64,000 nucleotides of DNA from the human T2T-CHM13v2.0 reference genome, Homo sapiens: NCBI RefSeq assembly GCF_009914755.1, contig NC_060935.1; one strand, 5' to 3'. The stretch's first letter is position 1. Each line of letters opens with the position of its first letter. Below the pieces are notes generated by a model that was given only the letters and a program-made list of their open reading frames with translations, was not told where the DNA came from and ran no database searches. Positions 1-12,965 of this stretch are shown one piece after another. The position numbers were made by a program, and so were the translations under genes.

Positions 1-238
1 TTTTGGCTGCATAAATAAGTTTCTTATCTCCATCATCAAGAGAGTGAAGAAAGCCGAGGGCTAATCCTAGGACTTAACAGAATAGATGGTCCTAAAAGAC
101 AGTTAAATGCCTAACCAAGGCAGGCTTCTCATGTTAAGATGAAGGACCTGGATGGGAAAAATCTAGAATCCTAATATATGGGATAGAATTTATGTGAGAA
201 TGCTCTTCAATATTTTGATACCTTAGAATCCACTGAAT

Positions 239-573
239 CAGGAGTCCTCAGCCCCCAGGCCATAGACCGGTACTGATCCAGTGGCCTGTTAGGAACCGGG
301 CCACACAGCAAAATGTGGGTAGTGAACAAGCTAGCATTAACGCCTGAGCTCTGCCTCCTGTCAGATCATCAGCAGCATTAGATTCTCATAGATTGCGAAC
401 ACTATTTGTGAACCGCACATGTGAGGGATCTAGGTTGTGCCCTCCTTTTGAGAATCTAATACCCAATTATCTGAGATGGAACAGTTTCACCCCAAAACCA
501 TGTCCCCTCATCCCCATCAGTCCATGGAAAACTCAGACCGGTCCCCTGGTGCTAAAAAGCTTGGGGGCTGCTA
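239..573. mobile_element. MER1B hAT-Charlie MITE
   Basis: Resembles the MER1B consensus (gaccggtac...gtggcctgttaggaaccgggcc...ggtcccctggtgctaaaaagcttggggg). Degenerate 8-bp TSD cactgaat (231-238) / ctctgaac (574-581). Confidence 0.85.
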
Positions 574-593
574 CTCTGAACCTTCTCATACAC

Positions 594-1412
594 TGAGGAG
601 TCTGGCTCCAGGAAAAAATTCTGTGTGTGAGTTTCAAAGCTTTGCCTGGCACATTTCCTTGGGGGCAGCTGCCATCCCCACCACAGACTTGGTGTGCAGC
701 CTGTGTATGGTAGTTTTCTGGAGAGAAGTACAGTCAAGAATCCAGGTACCCTGGGAAGGCCATGCTCATACTCATATCTGCATTTGAACCAAAGTGCCTC
801 TACTAAGACTTATTTATGGAGGAGGGGTGGGGAGGGATCCTTGGCTGAGGCATTTTTCTCCACTTTGGCTAAGTACCTTTCCACTTCTAGCCTTTCCCCC
901 TCTCCTTCCCTCTGGCCCATGAGTTCCTACAGTGGTAGATGTCTTTTGTTCAGGTCTCCCTGCATAACTCTGTTTTTTTTGGCCATCCAAGGAGGGGTGT
1001 GAAATTGCCAACAACTGTGTTGCTCCTCTGTCAGTGAAACTGGCAAAGCAGAACAGTGCATCATGAGAATTAGACAGGAGGTCTCCTGGATTTCTAGAGT
1101 AGATCCTAATGGGATACAGGACATCTTTCCTTGGATTAGTAATTGTTAAGGACCGTGACTATGATTCAGCCAGGAAGGGCTAATCATCCTGCTTGTGGTG
1201 ACTTTGATATGGACCTGGTTTGCTATTGCCTTAGATTAACTGGCTATGATCACAGCCCTTCAATGTTCAGTTCATGATGGGGTAGCCTATTCTCTCTCAG
1301 GCTTCTTGCTTACATTATTGTAGTAGGTGAATAAAAGCCAGACTAGTACTTTCAGTTTGGCTCATTGTCCTAACTGACTACCTCTATATCTCATTGCATA
1401 ACTCAACCCCCA
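594..1412 (+). mobile_element. Probable solo LTR (ERVL class, family unresolved) inserted in ERVL gag
   Basis: TG...CA ends, AATAAA at ~1330 followed by a U5-like tail; the gag-like sequence resumes after ~1412. Confidence 0.45.
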
Positions 1413-3969
1413 CCCCCTTGCAGGAGGACAAAGGGGAGCCCTTTTTCTTGAAAGGCAACATATGTCCTCTCAAGACACATCTCTATGTTCTATAAATAGA
1501 ATTAAATTACAGCATCATTTGCGTGGGAATGTGATGAGCCTGATGAGAGCGGAGAGGGAATGTATATTCCAAAGGATCTGTGAGAATTAGCTGTCATATA
1601 TTAGCAGGAGCTGGAGTAATAAATGTGGGAATGAATTAAAAGTTGGTAGATCAGGGTGGCTACAAGACACATTTGAATAGGGAATCATTATGTACACTCA
1701 GAAGCACTCTCTTGACATATATAACACTCTGGCAAGAACTGTAGATGATACAAACTTGCTACTAGTATTGGTCCTAGGGCACGCAATAAACAATAGCCCT
1801 CAGGGAGGTGAGTGTCAGAATCGTCATGGAAGAAAGTGGAGGAAGAGAGTAAAGATCTTGGAAGTGGACATGTTGCGAGAGATAAACTATGTATGGTCAG
1901 AAGACCTGCCAGATGATTATATTTTTGGAATAGATCAAGAGAACATAGCATTTCACAAGGCCATAAGGAATATTTTGGTGAGAAAGTCACAAACACACTA
2001 TAGTTATTCAGTGGTCACATTCCGTAGATGGGGGCTGATGGCAGACTAGGCTATTACAGGTTTTGGATCACTTGAAAGGAGGGAGAAGATAGGACTCTGA
2101 AAAAATAGAGGCCAAGTATTGGCACTTGACTGTAAGAAGCCAGGGATCCATAATTATTATAATAAACCTCAGAGTCAAAATAGCAGCTGAGGGGGCTGAT
2201 CTACAAAGAGTTGTAGAGATGGTTAAGAACATAGCTGCCCTAGAGCAGAATAGATGGGCAGCTGTCAGTTTCTTACTTAGCTTGTAACAACAGATAAAAT
2301 CAAGGATAGATTATTGAGAGGCTGAAGGCATTCTCTTAAATGAAAAGCCAAAATTTCTTGCCAAGTTTACAAACATTGGCTAGTTTCTGTGCCTGAAACC
2401 CATAGACTAAAGAAGATGCTGTGCCCCCAAGGGAAAAGACCCTGCAAATACCACAGCAACTATAAATAGTAATAATTTTTTCCAGTTTTCCTCAAAGGAA
2501 ACAATAGTCTGCTATTCGGGCAATTACTCACATGGAAAAAGGGAATACCTAGACATTTTAAGGACTGTTGTACATTGGAGTCTATGTTAATAATGATATC
2601 CAGAGAGCTAAAGCAATATCACCACCCTCCTGTTAAGAGTGAGGGCAAATGGCGATGGGGCAATGAATGAAGAAAAGTTCTGGCTTAAAATGGATCCAGT
2701 TTTCAACTAGGCTATCCAGTTGCAATCCCATCAGTCCTCAAATATGTAATTGGGATCGACATGCTTTACAGTGGGTAGTGTAACTCCCACATTAGGTCTT
2801 TAGCCTTTGAGGTAGTAGCTATCATTGTGGGAGAGACCAAGTGGAAACCTTTGAAATTCTTCCCTTACCCAGGCTTTGAAGTAAATAAAAATCAATATTG
2901 TATCTTGGGGGATAGATCTGGGGGTTGGAAATTAGTGATTTTAAGGATCTAAGCATACAATGGTGATTTTCCTCATTATATCTATGCTTAATTCACCAGA
3001 ATATCCCCTTCAGGAACAGGTGGATCCTGGAAACAACTGTAGACTACCACAAGTTCAACTAAGTAATAGTCAAAAGTCCAGCTGCTATGGCAGATATGAT
3101 ATTTTTGCTAGAACAGAGCAAAATGGCTTTAAATTTAATCTCAGCATCTGCTTCTAGAGAAGCCAAACTTGCAGCAGAAAGCAGAGAGAGACTGTAGAAT
3201 TTGGCAGTTTGTATTCTCATTTCACAGGGAAAGCTAAGACAAGTGTAGTCTAGAGTTTTTTTTTTTTTAAAGTAAGTATGGCTTCTAATTTATATGTGTA
3301 TGTATATGTATGTATGTATATATAGGGTGTATGTAGATACTCCTTCTCTCATATTGACACATGTAAACACATATCCAGGCTTTCTGTTAAAAGCTAGTTA
3401 TTCACACCCATTTCAGAGTTTCTGGGCATTGTTATGCATGCAATGCAGGATGCATGGCGTATCAATACTAAGCTGTTAGAAAAAAAATGAATCATAAGTA
3501 ATTTATAGGATATCGAGTGCATCCAGCTTTCTTTCAACATTTTTTGTCAGACTGACTTACATGTATATTACATTATTATTTGAATGCATTTCTTTATAGT
3601 ATTAAGGAAAAAAGTTATGCTGGCACAAGATGCTTCCTGTGGGATGGGAGCCAAAGGATAAATAAACAGTTAGAGGCTTTTGATGGGAACCATAAGGGCT
3701 TACAACTGCTAATCATAAGGGACTCTGTCATCTGTCACTTTATGAACATTTGAGCTGCAAGCATAGTGGACAACTTGTATTTGTTTCTTCAGTTAGAGTC
3801 ACCCTGTCATAACCTCCTTTACTGATCTATGACATTTCTTTCCTCTTTGTAGAATGACTGGATATTTTTCCAGTATTTGGCTGCTTCAGTACTGATAACT
3901 TTAATTTGGCTTATTTCTAATGATTCTCTTTTTGAACTTTTTGCTCTTTCCTCTGCCAGTAACAGCAAT

Positions 3970-4178
3970 CAGGGCTGCTGTATAGGTTTTTTTTTTTTTT
4001 CAGGTAGTTCCCTGAACAAGGGCCCCTGAAGAAGGAGCACTTGGGGGCTGAAATCCTCCATGAAACTTGTCTTGTTACTGTGTCACTCTAAGGAAAGAGG
4101 TGACCTTCTGTGATTCAGCCACTCAGACATGGCACCTTTTGCTAATTTACACAGGATGTTTTATATGACTCTGCCCCC
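3970..4178. mobile_element. MER91A-like hAT-Tip100 MITE
   Basis: cagggctgctgtatagg...aagggcccc...gggggctgaaatcc...gcaccttttgctaatttacac resembles MER91. Confidence 0.5.
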
Positions 4179-6049
4179 AAATTTGGCTCAGGTAATAAAA
4201 TTGCTAATTGATATTTCACTGTTTAATCATACAAAATAAATTAGGGTTTTGTAATTTCTGCTTACAATTTGATATAATTTTATCGAGTAAAATCTTATAA
4301 ACATAATTTTAAAAGGCAGGTTTTCCTTTATTAAGCTTTTCTTCTTTGTAACGTTTACATTCTATGAGCTTATTTTCAAGTGAAATATTAGCCCCTAATT
4401 TCATAACTTTTTCCTATGGGTCTTTCTAAACTATTCCAGCTCTAATCACTGGTAATAACTTAGAATTTTACAAGTAATTTATTCCTTTTAATATAAATTA
4501 TAAGCTCAAATATATAACTATTTTTAAAAACTTACATAGTCTAGCCTTGAGAGAAGATAGTATTAATGATCTGAGGCTTTTAACAGGAGCAAGGAAGAGG
4601 GAAGAAAGGCTTATGTGTTAACCAAAAAGAAATTTGACGTCTGTCCCTTTTTCACTTCCCAAAGCCCTTAGGCACTAGACCCAAAATTCACAAAATGTAA
4701 AGCTGCATGAAAACAAAGGTTTTAATTTGTTAGCACATAAAATAGTGCCAGCACAGAGCAGGTACTCAATAAATAGTTGTCACATAAATGGAATTTAGTA
4801 AAGCCCTTTAAGTGCATGCTTCAAACTTGAAAAATATCTAAACTTTATAAATAATAATTTCATTACTATTTCTTTTTCTCCTACAAAAGCTGAGCCTCAA
4901 TTAAGCAGACTTTACCTGCTATATATCTAGTATCGATAGCAGGGATCTGGGCAGTGCAAAATAGCATTTATTGCAAAGGATTTTTATGAGGAATACATTT
5001 ATATGAAATAATGTACCTTTCAGGCACCATGTTTAGGACATTATAAGTTTTTAATATATGTTAAAATACAAATAGTCCATATCCATTTGAGTAAATGTCA
5101 TTAAACAAACTTTTTTGTCATTAAACAAGTGAACTTTTTTTTCTATATGCTATGTAATACTTTTTCTGTAGCATCTAACACTAAGTAGACTGGAGTTATG
5201 CAGTTTGGGTGTTTCCAATATTTATTGTTCAATAAGTAGGTAGAGGAGAATGAGTTATTTTGGATCACAATACATAGTAGTCATAGAAACAAAACAATGA
5301 ATTGATGCTACTGTTTACTTTCAGGAGTTCAAACCAGTGTTGAGTTCAGAAACATGCGAGAAATATGGATGGCATATTGACTATATGTGTCAATAATATG
5401 TTAAATGTTAAAAATACATATATAATGTATTTTAGCAATCTCTGTCACATTTATATCAATAGTTGGTTATGCATAAACCTTGACCTTAGAAAGATACGTA
5501 AGATACTGCACCCAAATTAAATTATGATTGGTTTATCCTCCCCACAAATAGAAAAATGACTTGAAAATGCATTATGACCATGCATTTCTTCCTCCTAAAT
5601 CTGTTATAAAAAGGATGCATTATAGCGTCTGAAACCAAAGTACATTGAAAGAATTAATGGGATTCAGTGTCTCAAATGAAGTGCTGACTAAACAGACGTA
5701 GATTTTGATGTTTAAAGGAAAATAAATCTATACCAAGAGAAAATTATATTTTGGGTTTAGAAGACATTATTTACAGAACCAGTCCTACTTCTTGAAGTGA
5801 CTCAGTACCCAAAAAAGTCATTACTAAGGCCTATACATAATTCAACAAGCTGATTTAACTCTGGATATTGCTTTGAATGATATCCAATTTTAATCTTAGT
5901 AATAGATGTATTTGTTGTTTATTTGTTCATTATATTGTCATGTTTTCAAGTTTGAGAATCTGTAATAGCACTTATATTTATTTTTTATTCATGAAAATGA
6001 CTTCAGTGATTTAATTTACAGGAATTTTCTTCTCAAAATACCATGAAAA

Positions 6050-7970
6050 CTCTGAATCATTGCTAGTGGTAATGCAAAAATGGTATAGCCACTTTGGAAG
6101 AGAGCTTGGTATAGTCGTATCATACAATTCAATAATCATGCTAGTAGGTATTTATTAAATGATTTGAAAATTATTTCCACACAGAAATCTGTACACAAAT
6201 GTTTGTAACATCTTTATTCATAATCACTAAAAACTGGCAGCACTAAGATATCATTCAGTATATGAGTAGATAAACTATGATATATTCAAAAAATGTTATT
6301 CTACTTAACAACAAAAAGGAATGCATTATCAAGCCATGCAAACACATGGATGAATGTTTAAGGCATAATGTTAAGTGAAAGAAGCCAATCTGAAAAGGCT
6401 ACATGCCACATGATTCCATTTCTATGACAATCTTGAAAGGCAAAACTATAGAGATAGTAAATAGATAGTGATTGCCAGGGGTTCAGGGAGGGAAGAGATT
6501 CAAATAGATGAAGCGACAGGGGATGTTTTTAGGGATGTTTTAACTGTTCTGTATGATACTGTAACAGTGACATGACACTATGTATTTGTCAAAACTTGTA
6601 GATCCTTACAGCACAAAGAGCAAATCTTAATGTATGCAAACAAAGGAATCATTTAGGAAGTTGGAAATTCCAGAATGAAACTTAGACTGTGTTGCTCAGA
6701 GTTATTCAGAGAAATAGACCACTAGGAGATATACATATAGGTAAAGACAAAAAGAGAGAGATTTATTTAAGGAATTATTTGCTCACATGATTATGGAGGC
6801 TGAGAAGTCCCAAGATCTGCAGTCAGAAAACTGGAAACCCAAGAAGGCCAGTGGTATAATTTCTGTCCGAATTTGAAGGCCCAAGAAACAAGAGAGCCAG
6901 TGGCCTAAGTTCCAGTAAAAATGCTGGCAGTCTCAAGACCTAACAAGAGCCAATATTTCAGGCCAAAAAAAAAAAAAAGACCAATGTCCTAGCTCAAATA
7001 ATCAAGCAGGAGGAATTCCCTCCTGCTCATACTTTTTCTTCTAATGAGGTCTTCAGTGAGGTCTATGTCCCTTAGAAAGGGAAGTCTGCTTTGTTCAATC
7101 TACCAATTCAAATATTAATATCCTCCAGAAACACACTAATAAACATACCCAGGATATTGTTTGACCAAATGTCTGGGCATCTGATGTCCTGGTCAAGTTG
7201 GTAAATAAAATTTAATGATCACACAGAGTATAACAAAATAATCCAACTATTACAAATGTATAAAATAACCTCACTGAAAATGTATAAAAAAACCTCACTG
7301 GTAAAAAAATATGCTGATCCAAGTAACTTGGAAATGAGTGTAGACGCTAAGAGTAAAGACAAAATAAATGAACATAAACACTGTATTCTGACTGATAAAA
7401 TAGCTTCTCATGGAGGTACAGTTAATAATTCTGAAATCACTATACATGCATACTAGAATTGAACAATTAAGTAAATAGATAAAGAATGGTAGGAGCCACG
7501 TTTCTTACTTTTGGAGTGAGAATTATAGACAAGTTAAGAAGGCTGGAATGAACCACATAGTAATGGATTAGAATTTGAGACATAAATATGTAATATAGAT
7601 ACAGATTGTTACACACAGAAATCTTTATGCATTTGTGTATATACACAGGTTAGTACATATGCATATTTTTCTTTGTTCGGTCAGTTGAGAGTTCCTAGAA
7701 GCTAAGATACACCAGTAACAATGAGCACACCCAACACTCAGATGTTGGTTTATAATATTATTCTCCAAAATAAGAAGCCAGGTCTTTTTGGGGAAATGGC
7801 TGATTCTAGGTTTAAGGCACATAATATACAAGATGACCTGGAGCATTTTGTAGTGCTAAACACACACACACACAAACACACACACACTAGAAAAGACTGA
7901 GATCCAAAGGCCAAAGCTGTAACAATTTGAGCAATGGAGTAAACATTACTATTGGATTATAACCCACCAT
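6050..7970 (+). mobile_element. Old L1MC-type 3' region, split by MLT2
   Basis: L1M 3' motifs: aaaatggtatagccactttggaa, aagtgaaagaagccaatctgaaaaggct, aaggcaaaactatagaga. Confidence 0.7.
6688..7223 (-). mobile_element. MLT2 solo LTR (ERVL)
   Basis: Reverse MLT2 motifs (gagatttatttaaggaatt...gctcacatgattatggaggctgagaagtcccaagatctgcagtcag...caagttg...aaaattt). TG...CA ends. Confidence 0.8.
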
Positions 7971-8206
7971 TCTAGGATCTGTGGATGCTTAGTTAATCAA
8001 ACAAAGATCCTTCTTTGCTTATTATCAGGAGCGTACAATGCAATGTAATTGTGTAATTTGACCAATTTTGTAAAAATAAAAGAGGATGATTGTTTTGTTG
8101 TGGAAAATATAAAGGAAAATAATCCATCTTGTTTTTCTGAATTTTTTATATTTATTTCATCCAGGTATGCTGATGGCTGTGAGGACAAGCTATATATATA
8201 TATAAC

Positions 8207-9574
8207 CCTTTATTTTAAGTTCGGGGGTACATGTGAAGGTTTGTTACATAGGTAAACTCATGTCATGGGGGTTTGTTGTACAGATTATTTTATCACCCAG
8301 GAATTAAGCTTAGTATTCAATAGTAATCTTTTCTGCTTCTCTCTCTACTCCCATCCTCCACCCTCAAGAAGACCTCAGTGTCTGTTGTTTCCTTCTTTGT
8401 GTTCATAAGTTCTCATCGTTTAGCTCCCACTTACAGGTAGCAACGTGCAGTATTTGGTTTTCTGTCTCTGCATTAGCCTGCTGCATAGCTTGCTCCAGCT
8501 CCATCCATGTTCCTGCAAAAGACATGATCTGGTTCTTTTTTATGGCTGCATAGTATTCCATGGTGTATATGCACCACATTATCTTTATCCAATATGTCAT
8601 TAATCAGCATTTAGGTTGATTTCATGTATTTGCTATTGTGAATAGCGCTGCAATGAACATTTGTGTGCATGTGTCTTTATGGCAGAATGATTTATATTCC
8701 TCTGAGTATATACCCAGTAATGAGATTGCTGGGTCAAATGTTAGTTCTGCTTTTAGCTCTTTGAAGAATCGCTATACCGCTTTCCACAGTGGCTTGCCGG
8801 ATCTGTTATTTTTTGAGTTATTATTATAGTAATAGCCCTTCTGACTGGTGTGAGATGGTATCTCATTGTGGTTTTGATTTGCATTTCTGTAGTGATCTGT
8901 GATATTTAGCTTTTTTAATATGTTTTTTGGCCACATGCATGTCTTCTTTTGAAAAGTGTCCTTTGCCCACTTTTAAAGGGGCTATTTGCTTTTCTCTTGT
9001 AAATTTGTTTAAGTTCCTTATAGACACTAGATATTAGACCTTTGTCAGATGCACAGCTTGCAAAAGTTTTCTCACATTCCGTACATTGTCTGTTCACTCT
9101 GTTGATAGTTTCTTTTGCTGTGCAGAAGCTCTTTAGTTTAACTAGATCTCACTTGTCAATTCTTAATTTTTTTTGTGATTGCTTTTGGTATTTTTGTTAT
9201 GAAATCTTTGCCCATTCCTAGGCATTGCCTAGGTTGTCTTCCAGAGTTTTTATAGTTTTTGGTTTTACATTTAAGTTTTAATCCATCTTGAGTTGATTTT
9301 TGTATATGTTGTAAGGAAGGGGTCCAGTTTTAGTCTTTTGCATATGGCTAGCCAATTTTCTCAGCACTATTTATTTGAATAGGGAGTCTTTTCCTCGTTG
9401 TTTTTGTCAGCTTTGTCAAAGATCAGGTAGTTGTAGGTATGTGGCCTTATTTCTGGGCTCTCTGTTCTGTTCCATTGATCTAGGTGCCTATTTTTGTACC
9501 AGTACCACATAGTTTTGGTTACTGTACCCCTGTAGTATAGTTTGAAGATGGGTAACGTGATGCCTCCAGCTTTT
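8207..9574 (-). mobile_element. 5'-truncated older primate L1 (L1PA15/16-like) with a small internal deletion near 8795
   Basis: Minus-strand ORF2 C-terminal fragments ([19 protein letters not shown]; AGGITLP.FKLYY) and an older-type 3'UTR. Confidence 0.85.
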
Positions 9575-9780
9575 ATGAACAAGCAATACTGGTAGAGATT
9601 AAAAAAAAAAAGCAGATACTGGCCAGAGAAACAATGACAGCACATTGTGAAGCACATGATGGAAATGCTTATATTTTGTCTAAGCCTTTAGTTAATGGTA
9701 TTTATTGATGTCTCATAATATTCCAGGCACTGTCCTTCATGTTTTTCTCATGCTCCCCTCACTATAATTCTACAAGGTGC

Positions 9781-10234
9781 TGTATTGTTTCCTGAGGCTG
9801 CTGTAACAAATTACCACTAACTTAGTGGTTTCAAACAATAAGAACTCACTCTCTTGCAGTTCTAGAAGACAGAAGTCTGAAATCAAAATGTTGGCAGGAT
9901 CATCCTCTCTCTGAAGGCTGGAGGTAAGAGTCCTTCACTAACTTTTCAAGTGTCTAGTGGCTCCAGGCATTCTGTGCCTTGCGGCTGCATAACTCCAGTC
10001 TCTGCCCCATCTTCATGTAACCTTCTCCTCTTTTGTGTCTGTGTCTTTTCTATCTCTTTCAGGGACAGTGTTATTGGATTTAGAGTCATTTATATAATAC
10101 TGAATTATCTCATTTTGAGATCCTTACTTAATTACATGTGTAAAGACTCTTTTTTCCAAGTGAGGTCACATTAAAGGTTCCAGAGGTTAGGACAGAGACA
10201 TGTGTTGTTAGGGACCACCATTCAACCCACTATA
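9781..10234 (-). mobile_element. MLT1B/C MaLR solo LTR inserted in a MIR
   Basis: tgtattgtttcctgaggctgctgtaacaaattaccac...accattcaacccacta; TSD ggtgc / ggtgg. Confidence 0.8.
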
Positions 10235-11419
10235 GGTGGGTTCCAGAAATAATAGTCACACTTTAAAAAGAAAGAAACAAAGACTTATAAAGGTTAAATA
10301 ACTTGCCTAGGGTCACACAGAAAGAAAGTGACAGCATCAGTAAATAGGCCAAATGGCTTGATACTGCTGGAAATCAATTAATAATTACTACCTGTAAAAG
10401 GAAATAATTTAGGGTATCTTCCTCTTTATTTAACCTACATAGGCCGACTCATTTATCATAGACAGGGACCTATTTCAAGTGATAGTCAGAAAACATTTAA
10501 CCTCTTGTTATCTCTCACTTCTACCTGCTGCTTTCATGGCCTTCCTAACTGGGACTGCCCCCAGTTTGCCTCATTCCCTTGTTCTGTGCTGCAGATGTTA
10601 TTTCTTCCCGCTAAACATCCTTCATTTGCCTTACAAAGCCTTCATCATTCTTCCCTTGCTCTTTTCTATCTAGCCATTCCTCCAATGACCAACCTCACGC
10701 CAAAGTGATCTATTTTCAGTGAAGTGTATACATCCTAAGCTGGGATTTTGGACATCTTGCTCCTTTGCCTGGAATGATTCTTCATCCTGTTTTTGCTTCT
10801 TCTCCTCAACCATATCTACTCATCCTTTGAATGTCAGCTTAGTATTTGTTTCCCCAGGGAAGCCTTCTACTTCTTATCAAGGGTGGGATAGATGTCCCTC
10901 ATCTCATGAGTGCCCATAATTTTGTTATCACACTTTTTGCTTTCTTTGTAATTGTCTGCTTACATCTCTGTGTCCTTTTATTAATGTGTAGGTTTTGGGA
11001 GGGAGAGACTGTTGTGTTCATCCCTAGTGTCTTTAGCCCCTTGTACATAGCCTATAATTGAATTATCACTGAATAAACATTTGTTGAGTACATTAATGAG
11101 TAGGGAAGGTGAGAAAATAAATGTCCACTTTAGTTTAGTTGGGAAGGGGCAAGGCTTCAGAAATGTGGGGGACATTTTCTTTCCTCATAGAGGAATGTAA
11201 TTCTATTCTAAATGTGATTATAGCTACTCTATTTTTTTTTTTCTTTAGAAAGACAATAGGAAATAAGGTAATGAAGACAGTAGGAAATAAGGTAATGAGC
11301 CCAGACTTTAGGTTTGAATAGCCCTGCCTTCATCTCTATTTCTCTTGTATTCATCATTAAACACATAGTAACAGATAACTAATTTTAATAAATCTGTATA
11401 CTATGTGTCATTTAACCCA

Positions 11420-11655
11420 TAATAATCCAGGGTGGTGATACAGCCATGGGTTCTTGAGCCAGTTTATCTGTGTTTGAATTTCAGCTCTGTTACTTATGCA
11501 AGTTACTTAATGCTTATGTGCTTCAGTTTTCTCATCTGAATAATAGGATAGAGACAATACTTACAGGATTCTTGTAAGGATTAAGTGAATTAGTATATGT
11601 AAAACACTCAGGAATGCACATCGAAGGTGCTTGGTATATGTTAGCTGTCATTATC
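11420..11655. mobile_element. MIR SINE
   Basis: MIR core: gcaagttacttaat...cttcagttttctcatctg...aggattaagtga. Confidence 0.7.
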
Positions 11656-12354
11656 CACTAAATGTAAGTTGGATGAGGCAAAACCCTTTTGTATTTTGCT
11701 TACTGCTTTTTTCTTCAACGTATAGCAAATAATAAGTGCTCAATGAATATTTATTGAATTAAATAAATGAATGTTTTGGAATAGTGTGTATGCTATGTGC
11801 CCTGTCCTAGACAATCGACTAAGGACACATGAGATATTGTCCCTTCTCTTTTAGAGGCTTTCAGTATTATGAATCCTGGCTTTCCACACATTCCCTACTT
11901 CTTAATATCTTTGTTCTGCCCTTGTTTGGGTTGTTAATGTTCTAGCATATATGATCAGACCACTCTCTGATAACAGGACACAGTCTTCCTCCATTCTGTC
12001 TGATAAAAAGAAGATAAGAATGGGTTCAGTTGCAGAACTGAGGGAGTTTCTGTGTGATGGCTTATACTTTATCTGTGAAATAAAAAATTAAGGTACATGG
12101 GTGGGGAGACTGATGTGGAGAAGTGGTAGAAACTGCTAGTGCTTCATAATACTAATGTTCTCTCATCCTTCCTGGACATAGAGGTCGCAGCTTCCCTTGT
12201 CATTAGGTGCATCCAGGTATCTGATTTTTGGCCAAAGTAAATATTGGTGGAGGCAATGTACACTGGCCCATTTAACCCATGGGGACATCTCTGAATTCTC
12301 TCTTTTTCTAAACTACAACTGAATTAAGAGGTTTCTGAGCATTTAGATAAAGTT

Positions 12355-12965
12355 GTGAAGATTGCTAAACTATTACCTGTCAGTTCCAAACCTGCCTTTT
12401 TACTTACTGCTTTGCCATTCTGCAGTGGAGTCTTAGCAAATTGCATTTCTTCTTTGCCACATGACTCTTAGGCTCTGCCAATAGGGAACAATAAAAAGAG
12501 CTCAAAAGAGAGGAAAATGGAAGAAGGGACTTCCTCCTTTATGTCTGCTTTTCATCCCTGTCGGTGTTACACTAACTGTGGCCCTTTACCTTAGCAGCAG
12601 CAGTTGGTACCAGTCTCCAGCTTTTATTCCAGCAATTATAGAACAAATCTCCTTGTTCCATAATAGGTATTATATTATATCTCAGAGGTAACAGCCAGAT
12701 AATGGCCCTCTTCAACTCTTGAGTCCCAGATCCATGGCATCTTGCCCAAATGTCTCGATTCTCTAACTCCTACCTGTTACCTTTGGTCTCCAACCTAGGG
12801 GCAGTATGTGCTTTCTGGTGATACTGTCTCACCAGAGATAGTATTTCCTTAGTGTTCCATTATTCACTTTTTCAATCTTCTAGCACCGATTTAACTTACT
12901 CCTTATACTAAATATTCTCTCTGAATTTCTAATGTAGTTTACTCCTATTGGACACTGACTGTAAG
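12355..12965 (+). mobile_element. LTR33-like ERVL solo LTR nested in an old MLT1 remnant (~12130-13085)
   Basis: Motifs gcaaattgcatttc...ttaggctctgccaatagg and terminal taaatattctctctg...ggacactgactg. Confidence 0.5.

Larger units (their letters stand above)
1..3175 (+). mobile_element. Decayed ERVL-class (ERV3) internal region: gag, protease and start of RT, ending in an LTR 3' tail; interrupted by MER1B and a solo LTR
   Basis: Degenerate matches to ERVL gag (YxPKEL...VWEWI...DQGG, ~1560-1780), protease (GKGN...GLLDTG-like, ~2533-2650) and RT start (FNSP...GSW...VDYxKLN, ~2960-3100). Ends in LTR16/33-type 'tctcagcatctgcttctagagaagccaaac'. Many stops and frameshifts. Confidence 0.7.

Noticed and set aside
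1690-2049. 119-aa ORF as a domesticated gag gene
   Set aside because: It drifts in and out of the gag frame and the flanking ERVL sequence is full of stops and frameshifts.
11249-11297. 24-bp tandem duplication (aagacartaggaaataaggtaatg x2)
   Set aside because: Ordinary slippage duplication with no evidence of function.
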